A stretch of 64,000 nucleotides of DNA from Gaiellaceae bacterium (GCA_035310545.1 DATGEB010000037.1:5370-69369), one strand, 5' to 3'; shown: positions 49,378-58,559, numbered from the stretch's first letter. Numbers and translations: made by a program. The notes: generated by a model not told the origin, from the sequence alone.

Positions 49378-52300
49378 GTCCGCCTCGCCTGCTCGGGCTC
49401 GACGCGAGGCTCTTGCACACGGCGCGAACGAGCCTGCTCGCGCAGCTCCGCCACGAAGCGCGGGAGCTCTCCGCCGCGCGGCCGCCGGCCGGGCCGGACT
49501 CCGCACGTGAACGCCTTGACCTCCTGGATGTGGACGTTCGGGTCGAGGGCGAGGTGCGCGAGATCGTTCGCCGAGTCGCCGGTCACGAGCCCGTGGCTCC
49601 CCCAGTGGTAGGGCAGACCGACCTGGTGGACGGGCCGGCCGTCCTTCCGCCGCGCGGGCCGCATCCGCGCGGTGACGAGGACGCGGGCCTCGATCGCCGC
49701 CCGCGAGGTGTAGATCGTCGCCCAGCCGCCGTGCTCGAGGCCGACCTCACGCGCGAGGTCCGGGTGCACCTCGCAGAACATCTCCGGCTGGAGCTCGGCG
49801 AGGTAGGGGACGGAGCGCGTCATTCCGCCGGCCGTGTGATGCTCGGTCAGCCGGTAGGTCGTGACGATGTACGGATAGACGTCCGCGCCGGGATCGTCGG
49901 CCACTGGGTTGTACGGGTCCTCGGCGAGGTCGTCGGTCTGCTGGCGTCGCGGATTCGCGCGTTGCGAGTAGAGCGGGTTGTCGAACGGCGACTCGTGCGG
50001 CTCGTAGTGCGTCGGCAGCGGTCCGTCCTCGAGGCCCTGGGGGACGTAGAGCCAGGCGCGGCCGTCCGCCTGCATGATGAACGGGTGGCCGCCGGCGATC
50101 GCGTCCTCGGCCTTCGCGTCGTCGGGCGGCACGTAGCCGGGCTCCTTGTCGGCCTGGAAGTCGGGCACGTCGAGCCCCGTCCACTCGCCGTGGCTCGCGT
50201 CCCACCAGACGTAGCGCTTGCGCTCGGACCACGGGTTCCCGTCCGGGTCGGCGGAGGCGCGGTTGTAGATGAGCCGCCGGTTCGCCGGCCAGGCCCACGC
50301 CCACTCGGGGGCGACCCGGGTCTCCTGCTCCCAGTGCGGCTTCCTGCGCGCGGTCTGGTTGACGCCGTCCTTGAAGCAGCCGCAGTAGATCCAGCAGCCG
50401 CAGAGCGTCGAACCGTCGTCGCGCAGCTCGGGATAGCCGGAGAGGAACTTCCCGCTCCCGATCTCCCAGCCGTTGACCTCCTGCAGCACTGCCTCGGCGC
50501 TCGGCTCCTGGATCGCCGAGTGCGTCGGATAGTCCCAGCGCAGGGCCTTGATCAGCCTGTCCCGCTCGGCATCGGAGTCCTCGAGCTTCTGCTTGATCAG
50601 CCGGCCGAGGTGGAAGTAGAACCAGAGCTCCGAGCGGGCGTCCTCTTTCGGCTCGACCGCCTGCCAGTGCCATTGCAGCAGCCGCTGCGTATTCGTGAAG
50701 GAGCCGTCCTTCTCGGTGTGCGTCGACGCCGGGAGGAAGAAGACCTCGGTCGCGATCTCCTCCGTCTTCAGCTCTCCCGAGTCGATCTCCGGGCCGTCGT
50801 ACCAGAAGGAGGCGGATTCGATCTCCACGACGTCGCGGACGACGAGCCACTCGAGGCGGGAGAGCCCGAGCCGGTTCGCTTTGCCGTTCGCGTGGCCGAC
50901 GGCCGGGTTCTCGCCCGCGACGATGTAGCCCTTCACCCTCCCCTCGAGCATCCGCTCGAGCGTCCAGTAGACGGAGTTGTCGTCGTCGATCCGCGGCAGC
51001 GCCCCGAACAGGAACTCGTTCTCGGCGTTCGCGTTCTCGCCGAAGTAGGCCTTCATGAGGCTGACGAAGTAGGCGCGGAAGTGGCCCCACCAGCCGGTCG
51101 GCGAGGTGTTGGACTCGATGTAGCGCTCGAGGTCGCCGTACGACTCCGTGTGCGGCATCGGGATGTACCCGGGGAGGATGTTGTAGAGCGTCGGGATGTC
51201 GGTCGAGCCCTGGATCGACGCGTGCCCGCGCAGGGCCAGGATCCCGCCGCCGGGCCGGCCGATGTTGCCGAGCAATTGCTGGACGACCGCGGCCGAGCGG
51301 ATCGTCTGGACGCCGACCGTGTGCTGCGTCCAGCCGACCGCGTAACAGAACGCGCTCGTCCGCTCGCGGCCCGAGTTGGCGGCGAGCGTCTCGCACACCT
51401 CGACGAAGTCGGAGACCGAGCAGCCGCACGTCTCGGCGACGAACTCGGGCGTGTAGCGAGCGTAGTGGTGCTTGAGCAGCTGGAGGACGCAGCGCGGGTG
51501 CTCCATCGACCTGTCCTCGGCCGGCGGCTCGCCGTGGCGGAGGCCGCCGCCGTGGCCACCGTGCGAGGCCTCGCCCTTCGTCGGCCTGAAGCCCTGCTCG
51601 CGCTGGCCGGCCGCTCCGTGCAGCTCCATGCCCTCGTACATCCAGCTCTCGACGTCGTATTCGCGCTTCTCCGGATCCCAGCCGGAGAAGAGGCCGTCGA
51701 GCTCCTCGGTGTCGGCGAACTCGTCGTCGATGATCACCGGCCCGTTCGTGTAGTGCTCCACGTACTCCCGGAACCAGAGGTCGTGCTCGAGGATGTAGTT
51801 GGCGACGCCGCCGAGGAAGGCGATGTCGCTACCGGCGCGGATGCCGACGTGCTTCGTCGCCATCGCGCTCGTGCGGGTGAAGCGCGGGTCGACGTGGATC
51901 ACCTTCGCGCCGCGCTCCCGGGCCTCCATCACCCACTGGAAGCCCACCGGGTGGTTCTCGGCCATGTTCGAGCCCATGATCACGATGCAGTCCGAGTCCT
52001 GCAGGTCCTGCTGGAAGGTCGTGGCCCCGCCTCGTCCGAACGAGGTGCCCAGACCGGGCACCGTGGAGCTGTGTCATATCCGGGCCTGGTTCTCGACCTG
52101 GACGATGCCGAGCGCCGTCATCAGCTTCTTGATGAGGTAGTTCTCCTCGTTGTCCAGCGTCGCACCGCCGAGGTTGCCGATCGCCATCGTCCGGTTCGCG
52201 GGCTTGCCGTCGTCGGTCCTCGTCTCCCACGTGTCGGCGCGGGTGCGGATGATGCGGTCGGCGATCATCTCCATCGCGTCGTCGAGCGCCAGCTCCTCCC

Positions 52301-52643
52301 ACTCGGCGCCGTACGGCCGCCGGTACTTGACGCGGTACTCGCGCAGCGGGCTCTGCGCGTAGCTCTTCGAGGCCTGGCCCTTCGGGCAGAGACGCCCGCG
52401 TGAGATCGGGGACGCCGGGTCGCCTTCGATGTGCTGGACGTCGCCGTCCTTGACGTAGACCAGCTGCCCACAGCCGACCGCGCAGTAGGGGCAGATGGAC
52501 GGAACGACGTGGTCGGCGTCGTCGATCCGCGGCCTGAGCCGTTGCGAGCGCGGCGACTGCGCCGCCTTGCCGAGCCCGAGGAGGTCTCCCTCTCGCAGCT
52601 GGCGCAGTGCCGGCCATGACTCGAGCAACTTGGAAAGCGGCAT
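49374..52643 (-). CDS. fdhA: formate dehydrogenase alpha subunit, selenocysteine-containing (UGA at 52076-52074 read as Sec)
   Basis: Track ORFs 52074..52691 and 49374..52061 are in the same frame and separated only by TGA: ...VENQARI-U-HSSTVPGLGTSFGRGG. This is the position of Sec/Cys in FdnG/FdoG-type enzymes. N-terminal CPYCAVGCG cluster. ATG 52643 is preceded by GGAAAGAG. Confidence 0.9.
52044..52062 (-). promoter_or_regulatory. bacterial SECIS hairpin
   Basis: In the mRNA, UGA is followed by the 11-nt spacer CACAGCUCCAC and then GGUGCCC-GGUCU-GGGCACC (7-bp stem). As I recall the E. coli fdhF SECIS, it has the same spacing and a GGUC apical loop. Confidence 0.7.
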
Positions 52644-52810
52644 CGCTTGCTCTTTCCGGGGCGCGGAGAGGAGTAAACGGGAGGGACACATCGACGCTCG
52701 AAGCGGTCGAGCTCCCGTGGGCGGAGCCGGGCGTCGAGCGCGGCCCGTGCGCAGTCAGGCAATTTCCGGGTCGAGATTCGCGCTGTCGCCAAGCGGGGAT
52801 ACGCGCTCGC

Positions 52811-53266
52811 GTGAGGCACGTCGTCGCCTGGATCGCCTGGTGGGTTGCTCTCTTCTGGCTCTGGATGCTGCTGGCGGGTGAGTGGAACCACATTCAGTGG
52901 ATCGCGGCCGCTTCCGCGGCGGCAGTGGCCGCGACGATCGGCGAGATCGCGCGCTCACGAGCGGACGTCGCTCCACGCCTGCCGGTGCGCTGGCTCGCCC
53001 GCTTCGGTTCGGTGCCCCATCAGATCGTCATCGACTTCGGGATCATCACGATGGCCCTCTGGCGCAGCCTGCTCCACCGCAGCGTCGTGCGCGGCGAGTA
53101 TCGGGCCCATCGTTCCCCCGCTGCCGAGGGGCAGAGCGCCCGGGCGTGGGCGGCTTGGGCGGCCCAGTTCAGCCCGAACGCGTACGTGGTCGAGATCGAC
53201 GCGGAACGCGAGCTCGTTCTCGTCCACGACCTCGTCCCGAACCGGCCGTCCGAGGAGCCGGTCTGA
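52811..53266 (+). CDS. mnhE: Mrp/Mnh antiporter subunit E-like
   Basis: Starts at GTG 52811, 151 aa. Two N-terminal TMs and FSPNAYVVEIDAERELVLVHDL, which parallels the TLTPGT...HVL motif. Confidence 0.75.
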   Translation: MRHVVAWIAWWVALFWLWMLLAGEWNHIQWIAAASAAAVAATIGEIARSRADVAPRLPVRWLARFGSVPHQIVIDFGIITMALWRSLLHRSVVRGEYRAHRSPAAEGQSARAWAAWAAQFSPNAYVVEIDAERELVLVHDLVPNRPSEEPV

Positions 53267-53514
53267 ACGCGTTCCTGATCGCCGGCACCGTCCTCCTCGC
53301 CGGCTTCGCGCCACTCCTCGTGTGCGCCTGTACGCGCCGCGCGATCGACGGACTCGTCGCCCTCGAGCTGACCGGCTCCCTCACCGTCCTCGTGCTCCTC
53401 TGCTTCGCCGAGGGCTTCCACCGCTCGTTCGAGTACGGAGTCGCTCCGGTCGCCGCCGTCACCGCTTGGGCGGGAGGGCTCGTCTTCGCACGCTTCCTGG
53501 GACGATGGTTGTAG
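53263..53514 (+). CDS. mnhF: Mrp/Mnh antiporter subunit F-like
   Basis: 83 aa (NAFLIAGTVLLAGFAPLL...IDGLVALELTG...). The only start that preserves TM1 is CTG 53263, overlapping the mnhE stop (CTGA). Confidence 0.7.
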   Translation: MNAFLIAGTVLLAGFAPLLVCACTRRAIDGLVALELTGSLTVLVLLCFAEGFHRSFEYGVAPVAAVTAWAGGLVFARFLGRWL

Positions 53515-53846
53515 CGGTCGACGGCCAGGGTTGGGCGGTTTACGTCCTTCTCTCGCTCGGCGTGGCGTGCGCGTTCGTCTGCATCGCCGGAGTCGTCGTC
53601 ATGCGGACGACCGAGGACCGCCTCCACTACGCCGCCGCGGGCACGACGCTGCCGGCGTTCTTCGTCCTCGCCGCCGTGATCGTGCGGGAGCACGTGTCGT
53701 CGGCGGGTCTGGAGGCAATCGCCGCCGTCAGCCTCATGTTGCTGCTCAATCCCGTCCTTCTGTCGGCCACCGCGCGGGCGATCCGCAGGATCGACTACGG
53801 CGATCTCACAGCCGAGCAGGACGAGATCGAGGCTGCAGAGGAGTGA
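53505..53846 (+). CDS. mnhG: Mrp/Mnh antiporter subunit G-like
   Basis: Starts at ATG 53505, 113 aa, with MRTTEDRLHYAAAGTTL...LLLNPVLLSATARA. Confidence 0.8.
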   Translation: MVVAVDGQGWAVYVLLSLGVACAFVCIAGVVVMRTTEDRLHYAAAGTTLPAFFVLAAVIVREHVSSAGLEAIAAVSLMLLLNPVLLSATARAIRRIDYGDLTAEQDEIEAAEE

Positions 53847-54115
53847 CCCTCGCGACGCTGCTCCCGGTGCAGTCCGTGGCGCTCGCGCTCGTTGCGCTCG
53901 GCGCGCCGGCTGTCGTGCTCAGCCGCGACCCCCTGAAGATGATCGTCGTCAACGGCTTCTACGGTCTGACGCTCGTCCTGCTGTTCGTGATCTACGGCGC
54001 GCCGGACGTCGGGCTCTCGATGCTCGTCGTCGGCACCGTCGCCTATCCGCTCGTCGTCCTCGTCGCGATTGCGCGCGTGCGCGCTCCGAAGGACGGCGAG
54101 GAGGACGAGAAGTGA
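53843..54115 (+). CDS. DUF4040 / MrpA C-terminal-like (MbhD-like) subunit
   Basis: GTG 53843 overlaps the preceding stop (GTGA). 90 aa with YGAPDVGLSMLVVGTV. Confidence 0.7.
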   Translation: MTLATLLPVQSVALALVALGAPAVVLSRDPLKMIVVNGFYGLTLVLLFVIYGAPDVGLSMLVVGTVAYPLVVLVAIARVRAPKDGEEDEK

Positions 54116-54846
54116 CCCGCCGAGTTCGCATCGGGCTCTTCCTGCCCGCGCTCGCGGGGTTCGGCGCCCTGCTCGTCTGGGCGTACACCGGGATTCCCTC
54201 CTTCGGCGACTACCAGGGCCCGTACGGCTTCGTGCTGGAAAAGATCTCGGCGCCGCTTCGGCACATGGACAACGTCGTCAACGCGACGACCTACGACATC
54301 CGCGGCATCGACACGATGGGGGAGGAGTTCATCCTGTTCGCGGCGGTGATCGGCGTCGTGCTTCTGCTGCGCGACGATGCCGGGCGAAGCCAAGACGTCG
54401 AGGACGACATCGGCAGTGACGTCGTCCGCGTCTTCGGCACGCTGGCGATCGGAGCCGCCATCCTCGTGGGGCTCTGGCTCGTGGCCAACGGCTTCGTGAC
54501 GCCCGGCGGCGGCTTCCAGGGCGGCGTCGCGATCGCGAGCGGGGGTCTGCTCCTCTATCTCGTCGCCGGGTATCGGGAATGGTCGGCGTTCGGCAACGAG
54601 ACTGTGCTCGACCCGATCAAGGCGATCGGCGCCGGGGGCTACGTCGTGATCGGACTCGCCGCACTTGTCGGCGGGCTGCCGTTCCTGACGAACTTCTTCG
54701 GCGGCGGAGACATCGGCACCGTCTGGTCCGGCGGCAGCGCCGGCTTCGTGAACTGGTCCGCCGGAATCGAGGTGGCTGCGGCCAACGTGCTGCTCTTCTC
54801 GGAATTCCTCGAGGAGTACATCGTGCCGATCGCGAGGGGCTCGTGA
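54112..54846 (+). CDS. mnhB: Mrp/Mnh antiporter subunit B-like
   Basis: 244 aa with NVVNATTYDIRGIDTMGEEFILFAAV...GGGFQGGV. Confidence 0.85.
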   Translation: MTRRVRIGLFLPALAGFGALLVWAYTGIPSFGDYQGPYGFVLEKISAPLRHMDNVVNATTYDIRGIDTMGEEFILFAAVIGVVLLLRDDAGRSQDVEDDIGSDVVRVFGTLAIGAAILVGLWLVANGFVTPGGGFQGGVAIASGGLLLYLVAGYREWSAFGNETVLDPIKAIGAGGYVVIGLAALVGGLPFLTNFFGGGDIGTVWSGGSAGFVNWSAGIEVAAANVLLFSEFLEEYIVPIARGS

Positions 54847-55187
54847 GCTTCCTTCCGTACGCGGTGGCGGCGTGGGTCTGCATCGTCGGGATCTACGGGA
54901 TCGTGACGAGCCGCAACCTGATCCACCTCGCGCTCTGCCTGACCGTGATGCAGTCGTCGACCTACCTCCTGCTGCTTGCCATCGGGTACGTCAAGGGCGG
55001 CGGGCCGCCGATCTACAAGGGGGTCAAGCTCGGGACGAAGTCGGTCGACCCAGTCGTCCAGGCGCTCACGCTGACGGACATCGTCGTCAGCGTCACCGTG
55101 ATCGCGCTCATCCTCGCGCTCGCCCTCGACGTCCACAAGCAGGCGGGGACGGTCGACCCGGACGAGATCCGGGAGATGCGCGGATGA
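54843..55187 (+). CDS. mnhC: Mrp/Mnh antiporter subunit C (NuoK-like)
   Basis: GTG 54843 overlaps the preceding stop (GTGA). 114 aa with three TM helices. Confidence 0.85.
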   Translation: MSFLPYAVAAWVCIVGIYGIVTSRNLIHLALCLTVMQSSTYLLLLAIGYVKGGGPPIYKGVKLGTKSVDPVVQALTLTDIVVSVTVIALILALALDVHKQAGTVDPDEIREMRG

Positions 55188-57001
55188 CCTGGGCGCTGCC
55201 TCTGCCGGTCGTGGTCCCGCTGGTCGCCGCGGCGCTCGCCACGGCCGGCGACCACCTTTTGCCGCGACGGCTCGGCGACGCGATCGGCGTCGCGGGAGCC
55301 GCCGGCGGATTCGCGTTCTCGCTCGTCATCCTGCTCGCGAGCGAGAAGCACACCCAGCTCACGTGGTTCGGCGGCTGGAAACCGCGAGGAGGCGCTGCGA
55401 TCGGTGTCGCCTTCGTCGCCGATCCGCTCGGCGCTGGGCTCGCGGCGCTTGCGAGCGGCCTCGTCCTCGCCTCGATCCTCTACTCGTGGTCGTTCCTGCG
55501 CGACGCCGGGCGTCCCTACGACGTGCTGATGCTGCTCTTCGGCGGCGCGATGGCCGGGTTTGCCCTCACCGGCGACATCTTCAACATGTTCGTCTGGTTC
55601 GAGCTGATGGGAGTCGCGGCGTATGCGCTCGCGGGCTTCGAGGTCAGCCAGGTCGGCCCGCTCCAAGGCGCGATCAACTTCGCGGTTTCCAACACCGTCG
55701 GCGCGTACTTCATCCTGACGGGGATCGCCCTTCTCTACGCGCGCACCGGGGCGCTGAACCTCGCCGACATCGGGCACTCGCTCGCGGGTCATCGGCCCGA
55801 CGGGCTGATCATCGTCGCGCTCACGCTGCTCGTCTGCGGGTTCCTGATCAAGGCCGCCGTCGCGCCCTTCCACCTCTGGCTCGCGGACGCTCACGCGGTC
55901 GCCCCGGCGCCGGTCTGCGTTCTCTTCTCCGGCGTGATGGTCGTGGTCGGGCTGCTCGGCGTGACTCGCTGCTACTGGACGGTGTTCGACGCGTCACTCG
56001 CGCCGCAGGCGCACGACGTTCGCTCGGTGCTCGTCGCGCTCGGGATCTTCACCGCGCTCCTCGGGGCAGTGATGGCGTTCCTGCAACGGCACCTGAAGCG
56101 GCTGCTCGCCTATTCGACGATCAGCCACATGGGTATCGCGCTCGTCGGGGTTGCCCTGCTCGACGAGCGCTCGCTCGGCGGCGCGGCCGACCTCCTGCTC
56201 GCCCACGGGCTGCTCAAAGCCTCGCTCTTCCTCTGCTGCGGGATCCTGCTCGTACGCTTCGAGGACATCGACGAGTTGCGTCTGCACGGGAAGGGACGGG
56301 CGCTGCCCGTGCTCGGCGTGATGTTCGGGCTCGGTGCGGTCGCCCTCTCCGGATTGCCGTATGTCGGGACGTATCTCGGTCACGCGCAGATCGACGAAGG
56401 GGCGGCGCTCGACGGGATCGATTGGGTGCAGCCGCTGCTGATGATCGCCGCCGGCGTCTCGTCGGCAGCGATCCTCCGCGCCGGTGCGCGCGTGTTCCTC
56501 GGCTGGGGACCCACGAGCGATCCGCTCCTTTCGCCGGAGCCGTCCGAGTCTCCGCCCGAGCGATCGGCATCGATGCCGGCGCTCCTCGGCGTAACCGCCG
56601 TCGTCCTTGTGCTCGGCCTCGCCGTGAGCGTCGCGCCGGGGCTTGGACAGCGCGTCGAGCAGGCTGCCGGTCGCGCCCGCGACCGGATCGCGTACGTCGA
56701 TCGGGTCCTCCGTTCCCGCGAGACACCGTCGCCGCGGCCGCCGGTGGCGATCGAAGCGACGACGACGGACAGCGTGCTCTACGGGATCGGGGGCGTCGTG
56801 ATCGCGCTCGGGCTCGCACTCGTGGGTCTCTACCGCCGCCGCCTGCCAGAACTCGTGCTCGGGCCGCTGCGCGCCGCACTTGGGCCACCGATCGCCCTGC
56901 TTCGGGCCGCCCACAGCGGCGTGATCGGCGACTACGTCGCCTGGATCACGGTCGGCACCGCCGTCGTCGGTGGTGTCTGGGCCTTGCTCCTCCGTAGGTA
57001 G
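55184..57001 (+). CDS. Mrp antiporter-like large subunit (NuoL/MrpA/MrpD family) with C-terminal extension
   Basis: ATG 55184 overlaps the preceding stop (ATGA). 605 aa with FVWFELMGVAAYAL...KAAVAPFHLWLADAH. The C-terminal region of about 100 aa has a charged helix plus two TMs (HSGVIGDYVAWI). Confidence 0.9.
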   Translation: MTWALPLPVVVPLVAAALATAGDHLLPRRLGDAIGVAGAAGGFAFSLVILLASEKHTQLTWFGGWKPRGGAAIGVAFVADPLGAGLAALASGLVLASILYSWSFLRDAGRPYDVLMLLFGGAMAGFALTGDIFNMFVWFELMGVAAYALAGFEVSQVGPLQGAINFAVSNTVGAYFILTGIALLYARTGALNLADIGHSLAGHRPDGLIIVALTLLVCGFLIKAAVAPFHLWLADAHAVAPAPVCVLFSGVMVVVGLLGVTRCYWTVFDASLAPQAHDVRSVLVALGIFTALLGAVMAFLQRHLKRLLAYSTISHMGIALVGVALLDERSLGGAADLLLAHGLLKASLFLCCGILLVRFEDIDELRLHGKGRALPVLGVMFGLGAVALSGLPYVGTYLGHAQIDEGAALDGIDWVQPLLMIAAGVSSAAILRAGARVFLGWGPTSDPLLSPEPSESPPERSASMPALLGVTAVVLVLGLAVSVAPGLGQRVEQAAGRARDRIAYVDRVLRSRETPSPRPPVAIEATTTDSVLYGIGGVVIALGLALVGLYRRRLPELVLGPLRAALGPPIALLRAAHSGVIGDYVAWITVGTAVVGGVWALLLRR

Positions 57002-57024
57002 CAAGCTGTCGCTACCTTTGCGCG

Positions 57025-57387
57025 GTGGAGCGTGGGGAGATCCACACGGGCCGAGGCGGGCTCGTGGAGCACGGCATTCCCGAGGAGGCCGAGGAGCTCT
57101 GGACGGAGGACGGCGCCGAGCACGTCGGCTGGTTCTGCGTGCGCACCGACCCTTTCCCGTGTCCGGCGCCCGGCTGCGATTTCGTCGCGGTCTTCATGAC
57201 TGCGGCGCACCTCGTGCTCGTCTGGGAGGAGCAGGACGACCCGAACCTCCTCCGCCACGCGCAGCGTGCGATGGAGGTCGGCCGCAACCCGCGGATCATC
57301 AACTACGAGAGCGACTTCGGTCCGAGCGCCTCGTACTACGCCTGGGAGGCTGCCGGGCGGCCGGTGCACGGCGTCCGCGGCAAGTAG
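57025..57387 (+). CDS. hypothetical cytoplasmic protein
   Basis: 120-aa ORF 23 nt after the Mrp large subunit gene. Contains CPAPGC; no domain recognised. Confidence 0.5.
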   Translation: MERGEIHTGRGGLVEHGIPEEAEELWTEDGAEHVGWFCVRTDPFPCPAPGCDFVAVFMTAAHLVLVWEEQDDPNLLRHAQRAMEVGRNPRIINYESDFGPSASYYAWEAAGRPVHGVRGK

Positions 57388-57391
57388 GCCC

Positions 57392-58297
57392 GTGGACCTG
57401 AGCCGCTTCGGCTCGGCGCCGGCGTGGTCGCTCGGGATCGAGGAGGAGCTGATGCTCGTCGATGCCGAGACGCTCGAGCCCGCCCGAGACGGCTTCTCGC
57501 GCGTGTTCGGCGAGGCGACGGAGCGGATCAAGCCCGAGCTCTTCGAGTCGTTCGTCGAGATCACGACGACCGTGGTCGAGACCCCCGAGGAGGCCGGGGC
57601 GGAGCTGCGGGAGCTGCGGCGCGAGGTGGCCGGGCGCGCTGCCGGGCACGGGCTTGCGCTGCTCGCGACCGGGTCGCACCCGACCGCTCGGGGACGGGTC
57701 CCCATCGTCCCGGTGGAGCGCTACCGCCGGATGAAGGAGAAGCTCGGGCCGCGCCTCAACCGCCAGCTCGTGTGCGGGATTCATGTCCACGTCGCCGTGC
57801 CGGATCCGGACACGTGCCTGCGGGCGTTCGAGGGCGTCGTGCCGAGGCTTCCGGAGCTCCTCGCCGCCTCTGCGAACTCTCCGTACTGGGACGGTGCGGA
57901 CAGCGGCTGGCGCTCGATTCGCTCCGAGCGCTTGCTCGAGATGCCGACGGGCGGAACGCCGCCGGTGCTCGGGAGCTGGGACGACTGGCGCGCTGCGAGC
58001 CGCGACGACAGCACGCGCCGCCACTGGGACGCGTGGCCACGGCCGGAGTACGGGACGCTCGAGGTCAGGGTCATGGACCAGCCGACCTCGCTGCGCCGCA
58101 CGGTCGAGCTCGCCGCCGAGGTGCAGCGGCTCGTGCGCGAGGCGGCGGAGTTCGACAGCGAGCCGTTCGACCGCGCCGCGTACGCGACGCTGCGCGAGCG
58201 AGCCGGGCGGGAAGGAGGCGGACCGGAGGCCGAGCGCCAGGTCGAGCTCGGCCCGGAGGCAGCCGTGCGGGAGATCGCAGCTCGGACGGTAGGCTGA
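57392..58297 (+). CDS. carboxylate-amine ligase, glutamate-cysteine ligase family 2 (YbdK-like)
   Basis: Starts at GTG 57392, 301 aa, with LGIEEELMLVD...CGIHVHVAVPD...SANSPYWDG. Confidence 0.85.
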   Translation: MDLSRFGSAPAWSLGIEEELMLVDAETLEPARDGFSRVFGEATERIKPELFESFVEITTTVVETPEEAGAELRELRREVAGRAAGHGLALLATGSHPTARGRVPIVPVERYRRMKEKLGPRLNRQLVCGIHVHVAVPDPDTCLRAFEGVVPRLPELLAASANSPYWDGADSGWRSIRSERLLEMPTGGTPPVLGSWDDWRAASRDDSTRRHWDAWPRPEYGTLEVRVMDQPTSLRRTVELAAEVQRLVREAAEFDSEPFDRAAYATLRERAGREGGGPEAERQVELGPEAAVREIAARTVG

Positions 58298-58301
58298 TCG
58301 C

Positions 58302-58520
58302 GTGGCGACCCAGACGGACACGATCCAGGTCGGCGGCGTCCGTTGCGAGCGGTGCGTGATGCGGCTCGCCCGCGCGCTCGAAGGTCACGAGGGCCTCGAG
58401 AGCGGGAATGCGAACCTCATGGGCCAGGTCTCGCTTGCGTGGGACGACGAGCAGACGAGCCGCGAAGCCATCGTCGAGCGTCTGACGAAGTCCGGCTTTC
58501 CCGAGCTCGCTGCCGTCTAG
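58302..58520 (+). CDS. heavy-metal-associated (HMA)-like small protein
   Basis: 72 aa with VGGVRCERCVMRLARAL (CxxC) and a ferredoxin-like length and pattern. Confidence 0.6.
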   Translation: MATQTDTIQVGGVRCERCVMRLARALEGHEGLESGNANLMGQVSLAWDDEQTSREAIVERLTKSGFPELAAV

Positions 58521-58523
58521 CGC

Positions 58524-58549
58524 GGAATAGCAACGCCGAAAACTCCGTT
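58524..58549 (+). promoter_or_regulatory. SigR/SigH-type promoter GGAAT-N18-GTT
   Basis: GGAAT at 58524-58528, an exact 18-nt spacer, GTT at 58547-58549. It lies directly upstream of the ECF sigma gene, which implies autoregulation. Confidence 0.6.
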
Positions 58550-58559
58550 CCGAAAGGGC

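Noticed and set aside
49413-52403. 996-aa + strand ORF, together with similar long ORFs 45056..47623, 60604..62844, 16238..18073, 37869..39749, 42451..43956 and 9712..10941
   Set aside because: Each is antisense to a strongly supported gene (FDH alpha, acnA, XDH large subunit, pknB, ctaD, qcrB, ADH). Their compositions are Arg/Asp/Glu/Gly/Pro-rich with no motifs. These are the classic shadow ORFs of high-GC DNA.
52632-52657. GGAAAG ... CUUUCC pairing that could sequester the fdhA Shine-Dalgarno and AUG
   Set aside because: It is only a 6-bp outer stem plus a 5-bp inner stem around the start codon. That is easily a chance occurrence in GC-rich sequence, and no further evidence of regulation is visible.
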